Shown here piece by piece: positions 1 through 7,836 of a DNA stretch of 10,830 bases; the stretch's first letter is position 1; each line of letters opens with the position of its first letter. The position numbers and the translations under genes were made by a program. Below the pieces are notes generated by a model. The model saw only the letters and a program-made list of their open reading frames with translations. It was not told where the DNA came from and made no database searches. The stretch is from Candidatus Methylomirabilota bacterium (lineage in GTDB: Bacteria; Methylomirabilota; Methylomirabilia; Rokubacteriales; CSP1-6), in assembly GCA_046726415.1 (NCBI GenBank), contig JBKPAK010000325.1, positions 1 through 10,830 of the forward strand. Direction: 5' to 3'.

Positions 1-1645
1 GTTTCGAAACGTCGAGGGCATCGCCCGACAGCGCCATCGTGCCTTGCAGATCCTCCAGGTCGGCCCATGGAAGCGCGAGTCGCCGGGACCGCAGCATTCC
101 CGACCAGCGCGGCGCCGTTCCGGCGACAGGGTCGAAGCGAACGTCGACGCGACCGCCGCGGCGGGTCGCGGGGCGGGCGAGATCGATGCCCGCCGTGAAT
201 GTCGCCTGCGGCCATCGTCCTTCTCCGCGGGCCGCGATGTCGATCGAATCGCCCGTGGTCCAGCCGGCTAGCGCCGACAAGTCTGCCCGGGCCCGCGCGT
301 CGACGCGCAGGCGATGATCGGGCTCGACCCTCGCGTTCGCCGTGAGACTCGCCGAGGGCCAGCGCCCCTCCACGTCGGAGACGACCTGGCCGGAGGCCAT
401 CCGGGCCGTCGCCCGCACGCGACCGGCGCCGAGCCGGGCGAGCGATCCCGGCAGCGAGAGCTCCGAGCCGTCCACTCGGAGCTGCCCGGTAAGCGACATC
501 GGCCGCGCGAGATCGCCTCGCACCTCGCCGTCGAGGGCCAGGCGGCCACGCACGTCCTGCGCGCCCCCGCGCAGTCGAGCGAGCGCTGCGGCATCGGCGT
601 CGTCGATGCGAAGCCGCACCAGCGCATCGGGCGGCCGCCCGGAGATCGTGAGCGATCCGCGCAGGCGCCCCTCCACCACGCGTCCCTCGACGTCGGCGAC
701 GGTGAAGGCCTTGTCGTCCAGCCGGAGAGCACCGGATACACCGCGCACTGGGACGCCGGCGACATCGATCAGTTCCGCGTGCAGGCGCCCGGCGACGACC
801 GGCGCGGCGAGGAGACCGCTGAGCGTGACATCGGCAGCGACCGTCCCCTGGACTGGGATCGTCGCGCCGAGGCCCCGCGCGATCGGGCCGAGCGCGAGGC
901 GGGCTTTCGCCTCGCCGGTCAGCATCGGCTCGCGGCTCCACGGGGCCTCGATCGCTCCCGTGACCGTGACCGCGTGCGGAACAGGCGAGGCCAGGGCGCG
1001 TACGAGGATGCGAGCCGCATCGATCCGCCCCTCGGCGCGCGGATGCTCGAGCCTCTGCTTGAAGTCCTCCACGCGGAGATCCATGACATCAGCGCGCGCG
1101 GTCAGCTCCAGCCCGCCGCGCTCGGGGCGGCCCGTGGCTGCCAGGCCCGCGAGCGCGATCGCCACGCGGTGGGCGGGATCCTCGAAGTGCAAGCGGCTCT
1201 GCTCGACCGAGATCGAGGCCAGGCGCACGCTGATCGGGCCGAGCGGGAAGCGTTCTGGGATCTCGAAGACGATCGGGTCGGATGGCGGGCCGGGCTGAAC
1301 GTGCACGTCCGCGCCCCGCACGGCAATCCCGACGACCAGCTCGCGTCGCCACAGGCTTTCGATTCGAATCGCCACGTCGATCCGCTCCACGCCGAGCCGG
1401 AGATCGCTCTCGCCGGCCACGGTGAGGCCAGAGATGCGCACGCGGCCCCGGAGCGGCTCCAGGGCCACGCCGTCCACGTGCGCTGGCCGGCCGGTGGCCT
1501 CGGTGATCGCCGCGGCGATGCGGCTCGCGGTGAGCGACGGGCCCCACACGCGGACGATGAGCCACGAGGCGACCAGGGCGAGGACGAGGAAAACACCGAC
1601 CGCGCCGAGGCAGATGATCGCGAGACGGCGGCGTGTGCTCACCAC
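1..1645 (-). CDS. AsmA/TamB-like (translocation-assembly / lipid-bridge family) protein, N-terminal part; continues beyond the left edge
   Basis: Manual translation from GTG at 1645 (or 1642; in-frame TGA at 1649-1651 upstream): VVSTRRRLAIICLGAVGVFLVLALVASWLIVRVWGPSLTASRIAAAITEATGRPAHVDGVALEPLRGRVRISGLTV...LEDLQGTMALSGDALDVSK, about 548 codons with no stop seen. One N-terminal TM anchor, then a long run of Gly-rich amphipathic beta-strands. Missing from the ORF track because its stop lies outside the window; track ORFs 44..271+ and 314..1657+ are its antisense shadow. Confidence 0.75.
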   Translation of the reverse strand, partial: MVSTRRRLAIICLGAVGVFLVLALVASWLIVRVWGPSLTASRIAAAITEATGRPAHVDGVALEPLRGRVRISGLTVAGESDLRLGVERIDVAIRIESLWRRELVVGIAVRGADVHVQPGPPSDPIVFEIPERFPLGPISVRLASISVEQSRLHFEDPAHRVAIALAGLAATGRPERGGLELTARADVMDLRVEDFKQRLEHPRAEGRIDAARILVRALASPVPHAVTVTGAIEAPWSREPMLTGEAKARLALGPIARGLGATIPVQGTVAADVTLSGLLAAPVVAGRLHAELIDVAGVPVRGVSGALRLDDKAFTVADVEGRVVEGRLRGSLTISGRPPDALVRLRIDDADAAALARLRGGAQDVRGRLALDGEVRGDLARPMSLTGQLRVDGSELSLPGSLARLGAGRVRATARMASGQVVSDVEGRWPSASLTANARVEPDHRLRVDARARADLSALAGWTTGDSIDIAARGEGRWPQATFTAGIDLARPATRRGGRVDVRFDPVAGTAPRWSGMLRSRRLALPWADLEDLQGTMALSGDALDVSK

Positions 1646-1694
1646 GCCTCACCCTAGCACGTGGAACCGCGCCGCCGGCTGACGGCGCGAGACC

Positions 1695-2501
1695 TTACCG
1701 ACCCTTGAAGGTGGGCTTGCGTTTCTCCACGAAGGCGCGGGCCGATTCCTGGAAATCCTCGCTGAGGTGCAGGCCCAGCCCGCGCGTGTAGTAGAGCGAC
1801 TGGCGGTGCATCTCGTTGACGAACCACCGCATCACCCGCACGTTCGCTCGCACGGCCAGCGGGGGGTTCGCGACAATCTCCGCGGCCAGCGCTTCGGCCG
1901 CGGCCAGGAGCTCCGACTGCGGCACGACGCGGTTCACCATGCCCTGCTGAAGAGCCTCTTCGGCGGTGAACATCCGGCCGGTGAGGGCGACCTCGTTCGC
2001 AAACCGGGTGCCCGTCCAGAACCAGGTGGCCACCCAGTGCTGAGCGCCGCCGAGGCCGCGCTGCACCTCGCGAATCTGGAACTTCGTTCCCTCGGCGGCC
2101 ACGACCAGGTCGCACGACTGAGCCAGCGAGAAGCCCAGGCCCAGCGCGTAGCCGTGCACGGCCGCGATCACCGGTTTCCAGTTGACGGTGTCGGCCAGCC
2201 CGTTCTCCCGCGAGCGGCGCCCAGCCGGCCCGCCCAGCCGCCGCAGCTCCTCGCGCGAGCGGAGCTGGCGCTGCTGCACATCGGCGCCGGAGCAGAAGGC
2301 TCGCCCGGCGCCGCTCAGGATCGCCACCTGCAGCTCGGGGTCGGCGTCGAACTCGAAAAGGGCGTCGTTGACGTCTTCCACCAGCCGGTCGCTGGCCGCG
2401 TTGAGCTTCTCGGGCCGGTTCAGGACGATGTGGCACAGCGGCCCCTTCGCCTCGAAGCGCACCGTTTCGAACGTCCGGGTCTGGTCATCGCGCGTGGCCA
2501 T
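1695..2501 (-). CDS. Enoyl-CoA hydratase/isomerase (crotonase) superfamily protein, 268 aa
   Basis: Motifs LNRPEKLNA, GRAFCSGAD, KPVIAAVHGYALGLG, TGRMFTAEEA, AFVEKRKPTFKGR; AAGGAG Shine-Dalgarno upstream of the ATG. Confidence 0.93.
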   Translation of the reverse strand: MATRDDQTRTFETVRFEAKGPLCHIVLNRPEKLNAASDRLVEDVNDALFEFDADPELQVAILSGAGRAFCSGADVQQRQLRSREELRRLGGPAGRRSRENGLADTVNWKPVIAAVHGYALGLGFSLAQSCDLVVAAEGTKFQIREVQRGLGGAQHWVATWFWTGTRFANEVALTGRMFTAEEALQQGMVNRVVPQSELLAAAEALAAEIVANPPLAVRANVRVMRWFVNEMHRQSLYYTRGLGLHLSEDFQESARAFVEKRKPTFKGR

Positions 2502-2533
2502 GGGAGCTCCTTGTCATTCAGAGATGATGGAGC

Positions 2534-2563
2534 CTGGTACCGCTGGTCATGGAGCCCTGTCAA
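2534..2563 (-). promoter_or_regulatory. Possible sigma70 promoter for the crotonase-tamB unit
   Basis: Perfect TTGACA at 2563-2558; the -10 candidate TACCAG 18 nt downstream is poor. Confidence 0.3.
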
Positions 2564-2611
2564 GGGCCGTCGGCCGGCTCGGGCGGCCCCTCGATGCGCG
2601 GCGTCAAGCTC

Positions 2612-2620
2612 TGGTAGATT
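2612..2620 (+). promoter_or_regulatory. Possible extended -10 promoter for the LLM stub
   Basis: TGGTAGATT matches TGnTAnnnT, about 50 nt upstream of ATG 2670. Confidence 0.35.
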
Positions 2621-2669
2621 GACCAGCATCTGCGACGCCCGCCGCGCTGCGAGGGGAAAGGACAGCGAC

Positions 2670-2804
2670 ATGATCACCAAGTTCTCGACCGTCTATGCCG
2701 GCCACATCGACCTCGGCGATATGGGACAGCTCGCGACACCGGCCAACGACCGCCGCTACCCGAACGAACGGCTCGTCTCCGTGTTCGAGAAGACCGAGGC
2801 CATC
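2670..2804 (+). pseudogene. 5' fragment (45 codons) of an LLM-class flavin-dependent oxidoreductase
   Basis: Purine-rich RBS (GAGGGGAAAGGA) then MITKFSTVYAGHIDLGDMGQLATPANDRRYPNERLVSVFEKTEAI. This aligns by eye to the N-terminus of the intact LLM at 9000 (GxxD..D.G....PA..R.Y). The frame breaks before the WxAEHHF motif and reads antisense into the next gene until stop 2933. Confidence 0.75.
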
Positions 2805-2845
2805 GGCCGGATCGCGAGTCCTGCGGCCGACCGGGCGTCGTCAGC

Positions 2846-3625
2846 TCATGACCGCAGCGGTCGCCCCTTGCGAGCGATGAACTCCGGGAAGGCCGCCTCG
2901 GCCTTGGCTCCCCGTACGACATTCGTCGTGTAGTCGCGCTCGTTCTTCCACTGCTCTTCGAGGTTGGCGCCCATATCTCTGAGCAGCAGGGCCTTCACGC
3001 CCATCACCGCCTCCCGGCGGTTCTTGGCGATCATGGTGGCCAGCCACATGGTCTTCTCGCGCAGCTGATCGCACGGCACCAGGTGGTTGAGCAGGCCAAT
3101 GCGATGGGCCTCCTCGGCCTCGACGACGCGGGCGGAGAACAGCAGCTCCTTGGCGACGGGCCAGCCGACCTGGTTCGGAAGGGTCCAGGTGCTATTGATG
3201 CGACCGTAGGCGGCGGCCAGAAAGCGGAAGCTCGAGTGCTCGCACCCGACGCGCATGTCCAGCGACGAGGCCAGCACCGCGGCGCCGCCGTACGCCAGAC
3301 CATTCATCATGCCGATGGTCGGCTTCGGGCAGGCGCTGATCTCGAAGCTGCCCCGCGCGCGCACGGCGTTGCGCGTGTCAAGCTCGGCCTGGGTGTACTT
3401 CTGATCGTCCTCGCGCTGCTCGTGGATATCGCCACCCGCGGAGAAGGCCCGCTTGCCAGCGCCCGTGATGACGATGCAGCCGACCTCGTCCTCAGCGCTC
3501 ATGCGAGTCACCGCATCGTGTAACTCGCTACTCAGCTGATGGTTCAGCGCGTTGAGTTGCTCGGGGCGATTCAGGGTAAGGATCGCCACGCCTTCTGACT
3601 TCTCGATGAGAACGTAGTCCGCCAT
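2846..3625 (-). CDS. Crotonase superfamily protein, 259 aa, lacking both canonical catalytic Glu
   Basis: Start MADYVLIEK at ATG 3625 with GGGAGG RBS (track ORF 2846..4618 is over-extended). Motifs TLNRPEQLNAL, RAFSAGGDI, PKPTIGMMNGLAYGG, AEEAHRIGLLN. Confidence 0.92.
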   Translation of the reverse strand: MADYVLIEKSEGVAILTLNRPEQLNALNHQLSSELHDAVTRMSAEDEVGCIVITGAGKRAFSAGGDIHEQREDDQKYTQAELDTRNAVRARGSFEISACPKPTIGMMNGLAYGGAAVLASSLDMRVGCEHSSFRFLAAAYGRINSTWTLPNQVGWPVAKELLFSARVVEAEEAHRIGLLNHLVPCDQLREKTMWLATMIAKNRREAVMGVKALLLRDMGANLEEQWKNERDYTTNVVRGAKAEAAFPEFIARKGRPLRS

Positions 3626-3669
3626 CGTTTCCTCCCGCGAGTGGCCTATGCGTTGCGCGCCGGTGCCGG

Positions 3670-4986
3670 TTATCGCCGGGCGGTGCCCGGATGGACGACC
3701 AGTCGGTCCCTCGCGCCCTCGACCCACGGCACGTCTTTCGGCAGCAGCACGGCGGCCGGCCGGACGAGCTGGCTCGAGGGATCGAGCCCGGGCGGCGGCG
3801 TCCGCTCGGCCCGAAGCGTCAGAGCCGCATCCAGCAGGCGCTTGCGCACCCGAATGATGCCCAGGTCCGCCCGACCCAGCCGCTCGAGCGCGCGATCGTA
3901 GACCGCCTGGCTCTCGGTAATGGCCTTGTCCTGCGCGCCCACGCCCGGCACTCCGAAGAACTTCCGCGTGCGCTGAGCCTCCCAGTCGGCCAGGTAGTCG
4001 TTGGGACGCCCGGCCACGGGTCGGATGTCGCCGTAGGCGTCGTTGGTCGGCGGCGCGTAGTCGGTGACGTGGATGCTGGAGCCGGCGTGGAACCCGGCCA
4101 CCTCGTCGGCGGTCAGGGCGCGGGTAGGATGCCACGAGATGCACCAGTTCACCAGGTGGTCGTCGTCGATCGGGATCCACACGTGTGCGTGGAGGAGGGG
4201 ATTGCTCCCGACCTCCGGCGGCGGCATGGTGTGGAACGGGAGCAGATACTGGGTAATGCGCCAGTAGTGCTGACCCGCCGGCGCATCGCGCCGCGCTCCG
4301 ACGAGCAAACCGGTCTCCGTCTCGGCCACTTCGATGTGCGGCGTCCGCTCGAGCTGGGCCGCGAAGCCGAATCCAGCGGCGGCCCGGTCCAGGGCGCGCC
4401 GCCCTTCGTCGTCGCGGGCATCCAGGATCCCGTGGAGGAACGAGATGTGCGCGGGGTCGACGCCACCCTCCAGCGCTTGGAGGTAGTTGCAGTCCTGCCA
4501 GAATTTGGACACGAACCGCTGGGTCTCCGGCACGAGGGCCCACTCGAGGTCGGGTAGTCCGGGCGGAGGGCTGGCCGGTCCCATGTAGGTCCAGACGACG
4601 CCGCCGCGCTCGGCACACGGGTAGGCGGGCAGGGTGACCTTGTCCTGGAAGTTGCTCTCCGGCCGCTCGTTGGGCATGTCGACGCAGCGTCCGCTCAGCT
4701 CGTACTGCCAGCCGTGATAGACGCAGCGCAGACCCCGCTCCTCGTTGCGCCCGAAGTACAGCGAGGCGCGCCGGTGGGCGCAGAACTCGGCGAGCAGGCC
4801 GGCGCGTCCGCTCGGGCTGCGCAGGGCCACCAGGTCCTCGCCCAGGATTCTCACGCGCTTGACGCGACCGCCCGGCGCGAGCTCGGAGGACAGCACCACA
4901 GGGATCCAGTACTGCCGCATCAGATCGCCGATGAGCGTTCCCGGCCCCACTCTCGTCAACTGCGCGTTTTCTTCCGCGGTCAGCAT
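3670..4986 (-). CDS. Rieske non-heme iron oxygenase alpha subunit, phthalate 4,5-dioxygenase/LigX-like group
   Basis: N-terminus MLTAEENAQLTRVGPGT..GDLMRQYW; Rieske ligands CAH...CVYH; mononuclear Fe motif EGGVDPAHISFLH plus distal QD. AGGAGG lies 8 nt before ATG 4986, preferred over GTG 4995. Confidence 0.93.
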   Translation of the reverse strand: MLTAEENAQLTRVGPGTLIGDLMRQYWIPVVLSSELAPGGRVKRVRILGEDLVALRSPSGRAGLLAEFCAHRRASLYFGRNEERGLRCVYHGWQYELSGRCVDMPNERPESNFQDKVTLPAYPCAERGGVVWTYMGPASPPPGLPDLEWALVPETQRFVSKFWQDCNYLQALEGGVDPAHISFLHGILDARDDEGRRALDRAAAGFGFAAQLERTPHIEVAETETGLLVGARRDAPAGQHYWRITQYLLPFHTMPPPEVGSNPLLHAHVWIPIDDDHLVNWCISWHPTRALTADEVAGFHAGSSIHVTDYAPPTNDAYGDIRPVAGRPNDYLADWEAQRTRKFFGVPGVGAQDKAITESQAVYDRALERLGRADLGIIRVRKRLLDAALTLRAERTPPPGLDPSSQLVRPAAVLLPKDVPWVEGARDRLVVHPGTARR

Positions 4987-5045
4987 CCCCGGCACCTCCT
5001 TCGGCGCGATGGGCGTGGCAGTGGGCGCCGCGATCCGGTCCGCCT

Positions 5046-5075
5046 ACCGTAGCCGCGCCGGCGCACCGGCGTCAA
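5046..5075 (-). promoter_or_regulatory. Putative sigma70 promoter for the Rieske-crotonase unit
   Basis: TTGACG (5075-5070), 18 nt spacer, TACGGT (5051-5046), about 60 nt upstream of the start. Confidence 0.45.
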
Positions 5076-5259
5076 CGGCTAGCCCCGGATCGCTTGGGTT
5101 CAGGGCTCGGCTTCCCGCTGTTCTTCGCCTCATCCGGCTCGGTCGAGTTCTTGAAGCACCCCGTTGCCAATGCCGCCAAACTCGGGGAAGCTGAGCGCCA
5201 CTGGAGGGCCCCGCCAGTGCGCGCTGAGGATGTGACCCTGTCCTCCTGGAGGTGTTCGC

Positions 5260-6009
5260 ATGGGTAAGCTAGAAGGCAAAGTCGCCCTGGTGACCGGCTC
5301 GGGTCGAAACATCGGCCGGGCGACCGTTCTCAAGTTAGCCGGGGAAGGCGCTCACGTCATCGTCAACTCTCGCGCCAACCAGGCCGAGGCTGAAGCAGTG
5401 GCGCGGGAAGCCCAGGGCCGAGGGGTCAAGGCGCTCTCGGTTATTGCTGACGTCGCCAAGCAGGACCAGGTCGAGCGGATGGTGGCCAAGGCACTGTCCG
5501 AGTTCGGCCGAATCGACATCCTCATCAACAATGCCGCGATCCGGCCGCACAAGCCGTTCACCGAACTGACGGTGCCGGACTGGGAAGCGGTCAGGGGGGT
5601 CGTCCTCGATGGGTCTCTGTATTGCACGCGGGCGGTCATCGACTCGATGGTGAAGAACCGCTATGGACGCATTCTGTTCGTCACCGGCGAGGGAGCCTTC
5701 GTGGGCGGATCCGGACGCGCCCACGTCTCCGCGGCGAAGATGGGCCTGGTGGGGCTGGCGCGAGGGTTGGCCTCGGAATTTGCCGCCCAGAACATCCGGG
5801 TCAACGTGGTCTCACCGGGCAGTATCGATACCGCGCGCGCCAATCCCGAGTGGTACCAGGGACGACCGCCGAGCGCCGCCGGCATTCCCCTGGGGCGTCA
5901 GGGGACGGTGGACGAAATCGCCGCCACCTGCCTGTTCCTGGTCAGCGACGACGGCGGCTTCATCACCGGGCAGACCATTCACGTGAACGGCGGCGTGGCC
6001 TACTACTGA
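5260..6009 (+). CDS. Short-chain dehydrogenase/reductase (FabG-like fold, atypical active site), 249 aa
   Basis: TGSGRNIG, ADV, DILINNAA, NIRVNVVSPG, FITGQTIHVNGG; GGAGGT RBS. YxxxK position reads VSAAK. Confidence 0.93.
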   Translation: MGKLEGKVALVTGSGRNIGRATVLKLAGEGAHVIVNSRANQAEAEAVAREAQGRGVKALSVIADVAKQDQVERMVAKALSEFGRIDILINNAAIRPHKPFTELTVPDWEAVRGVVLDGSLYCTRAVIDSMVKNRYGRILFVTGEGAFVGGSGRAHVSAAKMGLVGLARGLASEFAAQNIRVNVVSPGSIDTARANPEWYQGRPPSAAGIPLGRQGTVDEIAATCLFLVSDDGGFITGQTIHVNGGVAYY

Positions 6010-6089
6010 TTCTGCACCCCCGGCCGGGGCACACCGAGCATCGGGGGCATGGCCTGCCGAAAGCACTCTCTCGAGAGGCCCCTATCTTC

Positions 6090-6920
6090 TCAGTGCGCGG
6101 AGGGTGACTTTCCGGCGCGCCAGGCGATCATGCCTTGAATGTTCAGCCCCAGGAACTCGTCGAACCGCCGCCACGCGCCGTACTTCGGGTGCAAGAGGCT
6201 GCGCACCAAGGTCGTCATCTCGGGTGAGCCCTCGGCCAGACCAACTGCGCGGGCAGTGGCGATGGCGTCCGAGAGGTCGGCGTAGTACTGGCGCTGCTCG
6301 ACGACGTCCTGCTTGGTGCCGCTCATCTGTGGCGTCGCGTGCCCCGAGACGATGACGTCGAAGTTCAGCGCCTGCTCCATCCATTGGAGGCGCTCGACGA
6401 TTCGCTCCGGGTGGCCGAGAAGAGTCCGGAACGGGATGTTGCGCGGCTGCACGAGGTCGACGAACATGGCCAACCGGCCCGCCGGGTCGTGGACCACGAT
6501 GTAGTCGTCGGTCGGTGAGAGATCAGCCGGGTAGAGGTCGAGACGGCGCCCGCCCAGCTCCAGGGTCATCTTCTGGTCAAAGGTGATGTCCGGCGCCGGC
6601 GTCGTGGGGTCCTTGGCGGCCTTGATCGGATCGACGGTGTTGCGGTGTCCGACGAACCGCGCGGTGTCGGCAAAGATGGCGCCCCCGGTGCTGTGGTCGA
6701 AGGCGGAGTGGCTATAGATGACGTATCTCACTGGCTGCTCGGTCACCGAGCGTATCGCCTCCTTGATCAGGCCGGGCGTGCGCACATTGACCTGGCCGAT
6801 CGGGTCAACGAGGATCACCCCTGCATTCGTGGCGATGAACAGCGCGACGTGATTCGCCCAGCGGAAGCCGTAGACATCGGGTGCGATGCGCACCAGCTCG
6901 GCGAGCGACTCGGTGGGCAT
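6090..6920 (-). CDS. Metallo-beta-lactamase-fold protein, 276 aa, degenerate metal motif
   Basis: Start MPTESLAEL at ATG 6920 with GAGGAGG RBS. Motifs GVILVDP, PVRYVIYSHSAFDHSTGG, FVDLV, IVSGH; no signal peptide apparent. Confidence 0.88.
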   Translation of the reverse strand: MPTESLAELVRIAPDVYGFRWANHVALFIATNAGVILVDPIGQVNVRTPGLIKEAIRSVTEQPVRYVIYSHSAFDHSTGGAIFADTARFVGHRNTVDPIKAAKDPTTPAPDITFDQKMTLELGGRRLDLYPADLSPTDDYIVVHDPAGRLAMFVDLVQPRNIPFRTLLGHPERIVERLQWMEQALNFDVIVSGHATPQMSGTKQDVVEQRQYYADLSDAIATARAVGLAEGSPEMTTLVRSLLHPKYGAWRRFDEFLGLNIQGMIAWRAGKSPSAH

Positions 6921-6964
6921 GGGCAACCTCCTCGGACCGCGGCTCCCGGAGCGCAGCAGCCCGC

Positions 6965-7819
6965 CTAGAAATCCTTGGGCGCGAGGTGGATCTCTCGCTT
7001 GGGGCTCCGGTAGATCGCCTCGAGAAGCTCGGCCAGACGGGCGGCCTTGGCCGCGCACATCTGCCTTCCCTTCTCGGGTGACGAACGGTGCGGATTGCCG
7101 ATGGCCCCCGTCTTGGAGAGATCGGCGGTCATCCACGCCTCGATCACGTCGTGGCCCTTGAACGAGTAGCCGATGTCCGGCGTGGGCTCGAAGACGTAAC
7201 CCTCGGCCCGATCCATGTGCACTAGCTCCGGAGCCAGATGCCGGACCATCGACGTCTCTCCGTCTCCCGAGTGCATCGCGATGGCCGCCTCCTCCGGCGC
7301 GACCAGTCCCGGCACCGGGGCGATGGCCCCCAGGAAGATCTTGAAGACCCTCAAGTCGGTATCCATGCGCAGGTCGCGGAAGTAGTCGTCGGTCGTCCCG
7401 ACGTTGCCGCCGTGACTGCCGAGCAGGACGAGCTTGGTGAAACCGCTCCGGGCCACCGACGCCGCCAGATCTTTGAGGACCATGCGCAGGGTGTCGCCGC
7501 TGAAGGTCAGGGTCCCCGGAAAACCGATGTGTTCTACGCTTTTGCCGAACGTGGTCGGCGGCAGCGCCAGCACCATCACGTCGTCCGGGAGCCGGGCCAG
7601 CGCCGAGCCCAGCACCTCCATGCCGACCAAGGTGTCCGTGATGAGCGGAAGGTGGAGACCGTGCTGCTCGACCGCGCCGACGTTGATCACCGCGGTGGCG
7701 TTGCGGTCGCGCTTGGCGATCTCGTCGATCTCCTGCCACGTGTAGTACGCCCAGTAGCGGGCGGGTGGGATCGATCCGTGGAGACCTGTCGCGAGCTTTT
7801 CCGGCAGCTTCTTGAGCAT
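6965..7819 (-). CDS. Creatininase-family amidohydrolase
   Basis: GAVEQHGLHLPLITD, SVEH..FPGT, SHGGN, HSGDGETS, GAIGNP..SSPEKG; the E/H/D/H/E metal ligands are all present. GGAGG RBS before tandem ATGs (7822 or 7819). Confidence 0.93.
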   Translation of the reverse strand: MLKKLPEKLATGLHGSIPPARYWAYYTWQEIDEIAKRDRNATAVINVGAVEQHGLHLPLITDTLVGMEVLGSALARLPDDVMVLALPPTTFGKSVEHIGFPGTLTFSGDTLRMVLKDLAASVARSGFTKLVLLGSHGGNVGTTDDYFRDLRMDTDLRVFKIFLGAIAPVPGLVAPEEAAIAMHSGDGETSMVRHLAPELVHMDRAEGYVFEPTPDIGYSFKGHDVIEAWMTADLSKTGAIGNPHRSSPEKGRQMCAAKAARLAELLEAIYRSPKREIHLAPKDF

Positions 7820-7836
7820 CATCGTCCTCCGGAGTG

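Noticed and set aside
314..1657. 447-aa + strand ORF and other long antisense ORFs (1767..2933, 3691..4557, 7834..9093)
   Set aside because: Codon-register shadows of real - strand genes in GC-rich DNA; Arg/Pro/Ala-rich with no motifs. Only 2670-2804 within 1767..2933 looks genuine.
5160..5182. Sigma54 promoter on the - strand (TTGGCGGCATTGGCA)
   Set aside because: GG-to-GC spacing does not fit the required 10 nt.
6010..6089. Bidirectional terminator between the convergent SDR and MBL genes
   Set aside because: Only short palindromes (CCCCGGCCGGGG, CTCTCGAGAG) with no loop or U/A tracts.
6090..6920. Antibiotic-resistance beta-lactamase
   Set aside because: No signal peptide, degenerate Zn1 site, metabolic operon context.
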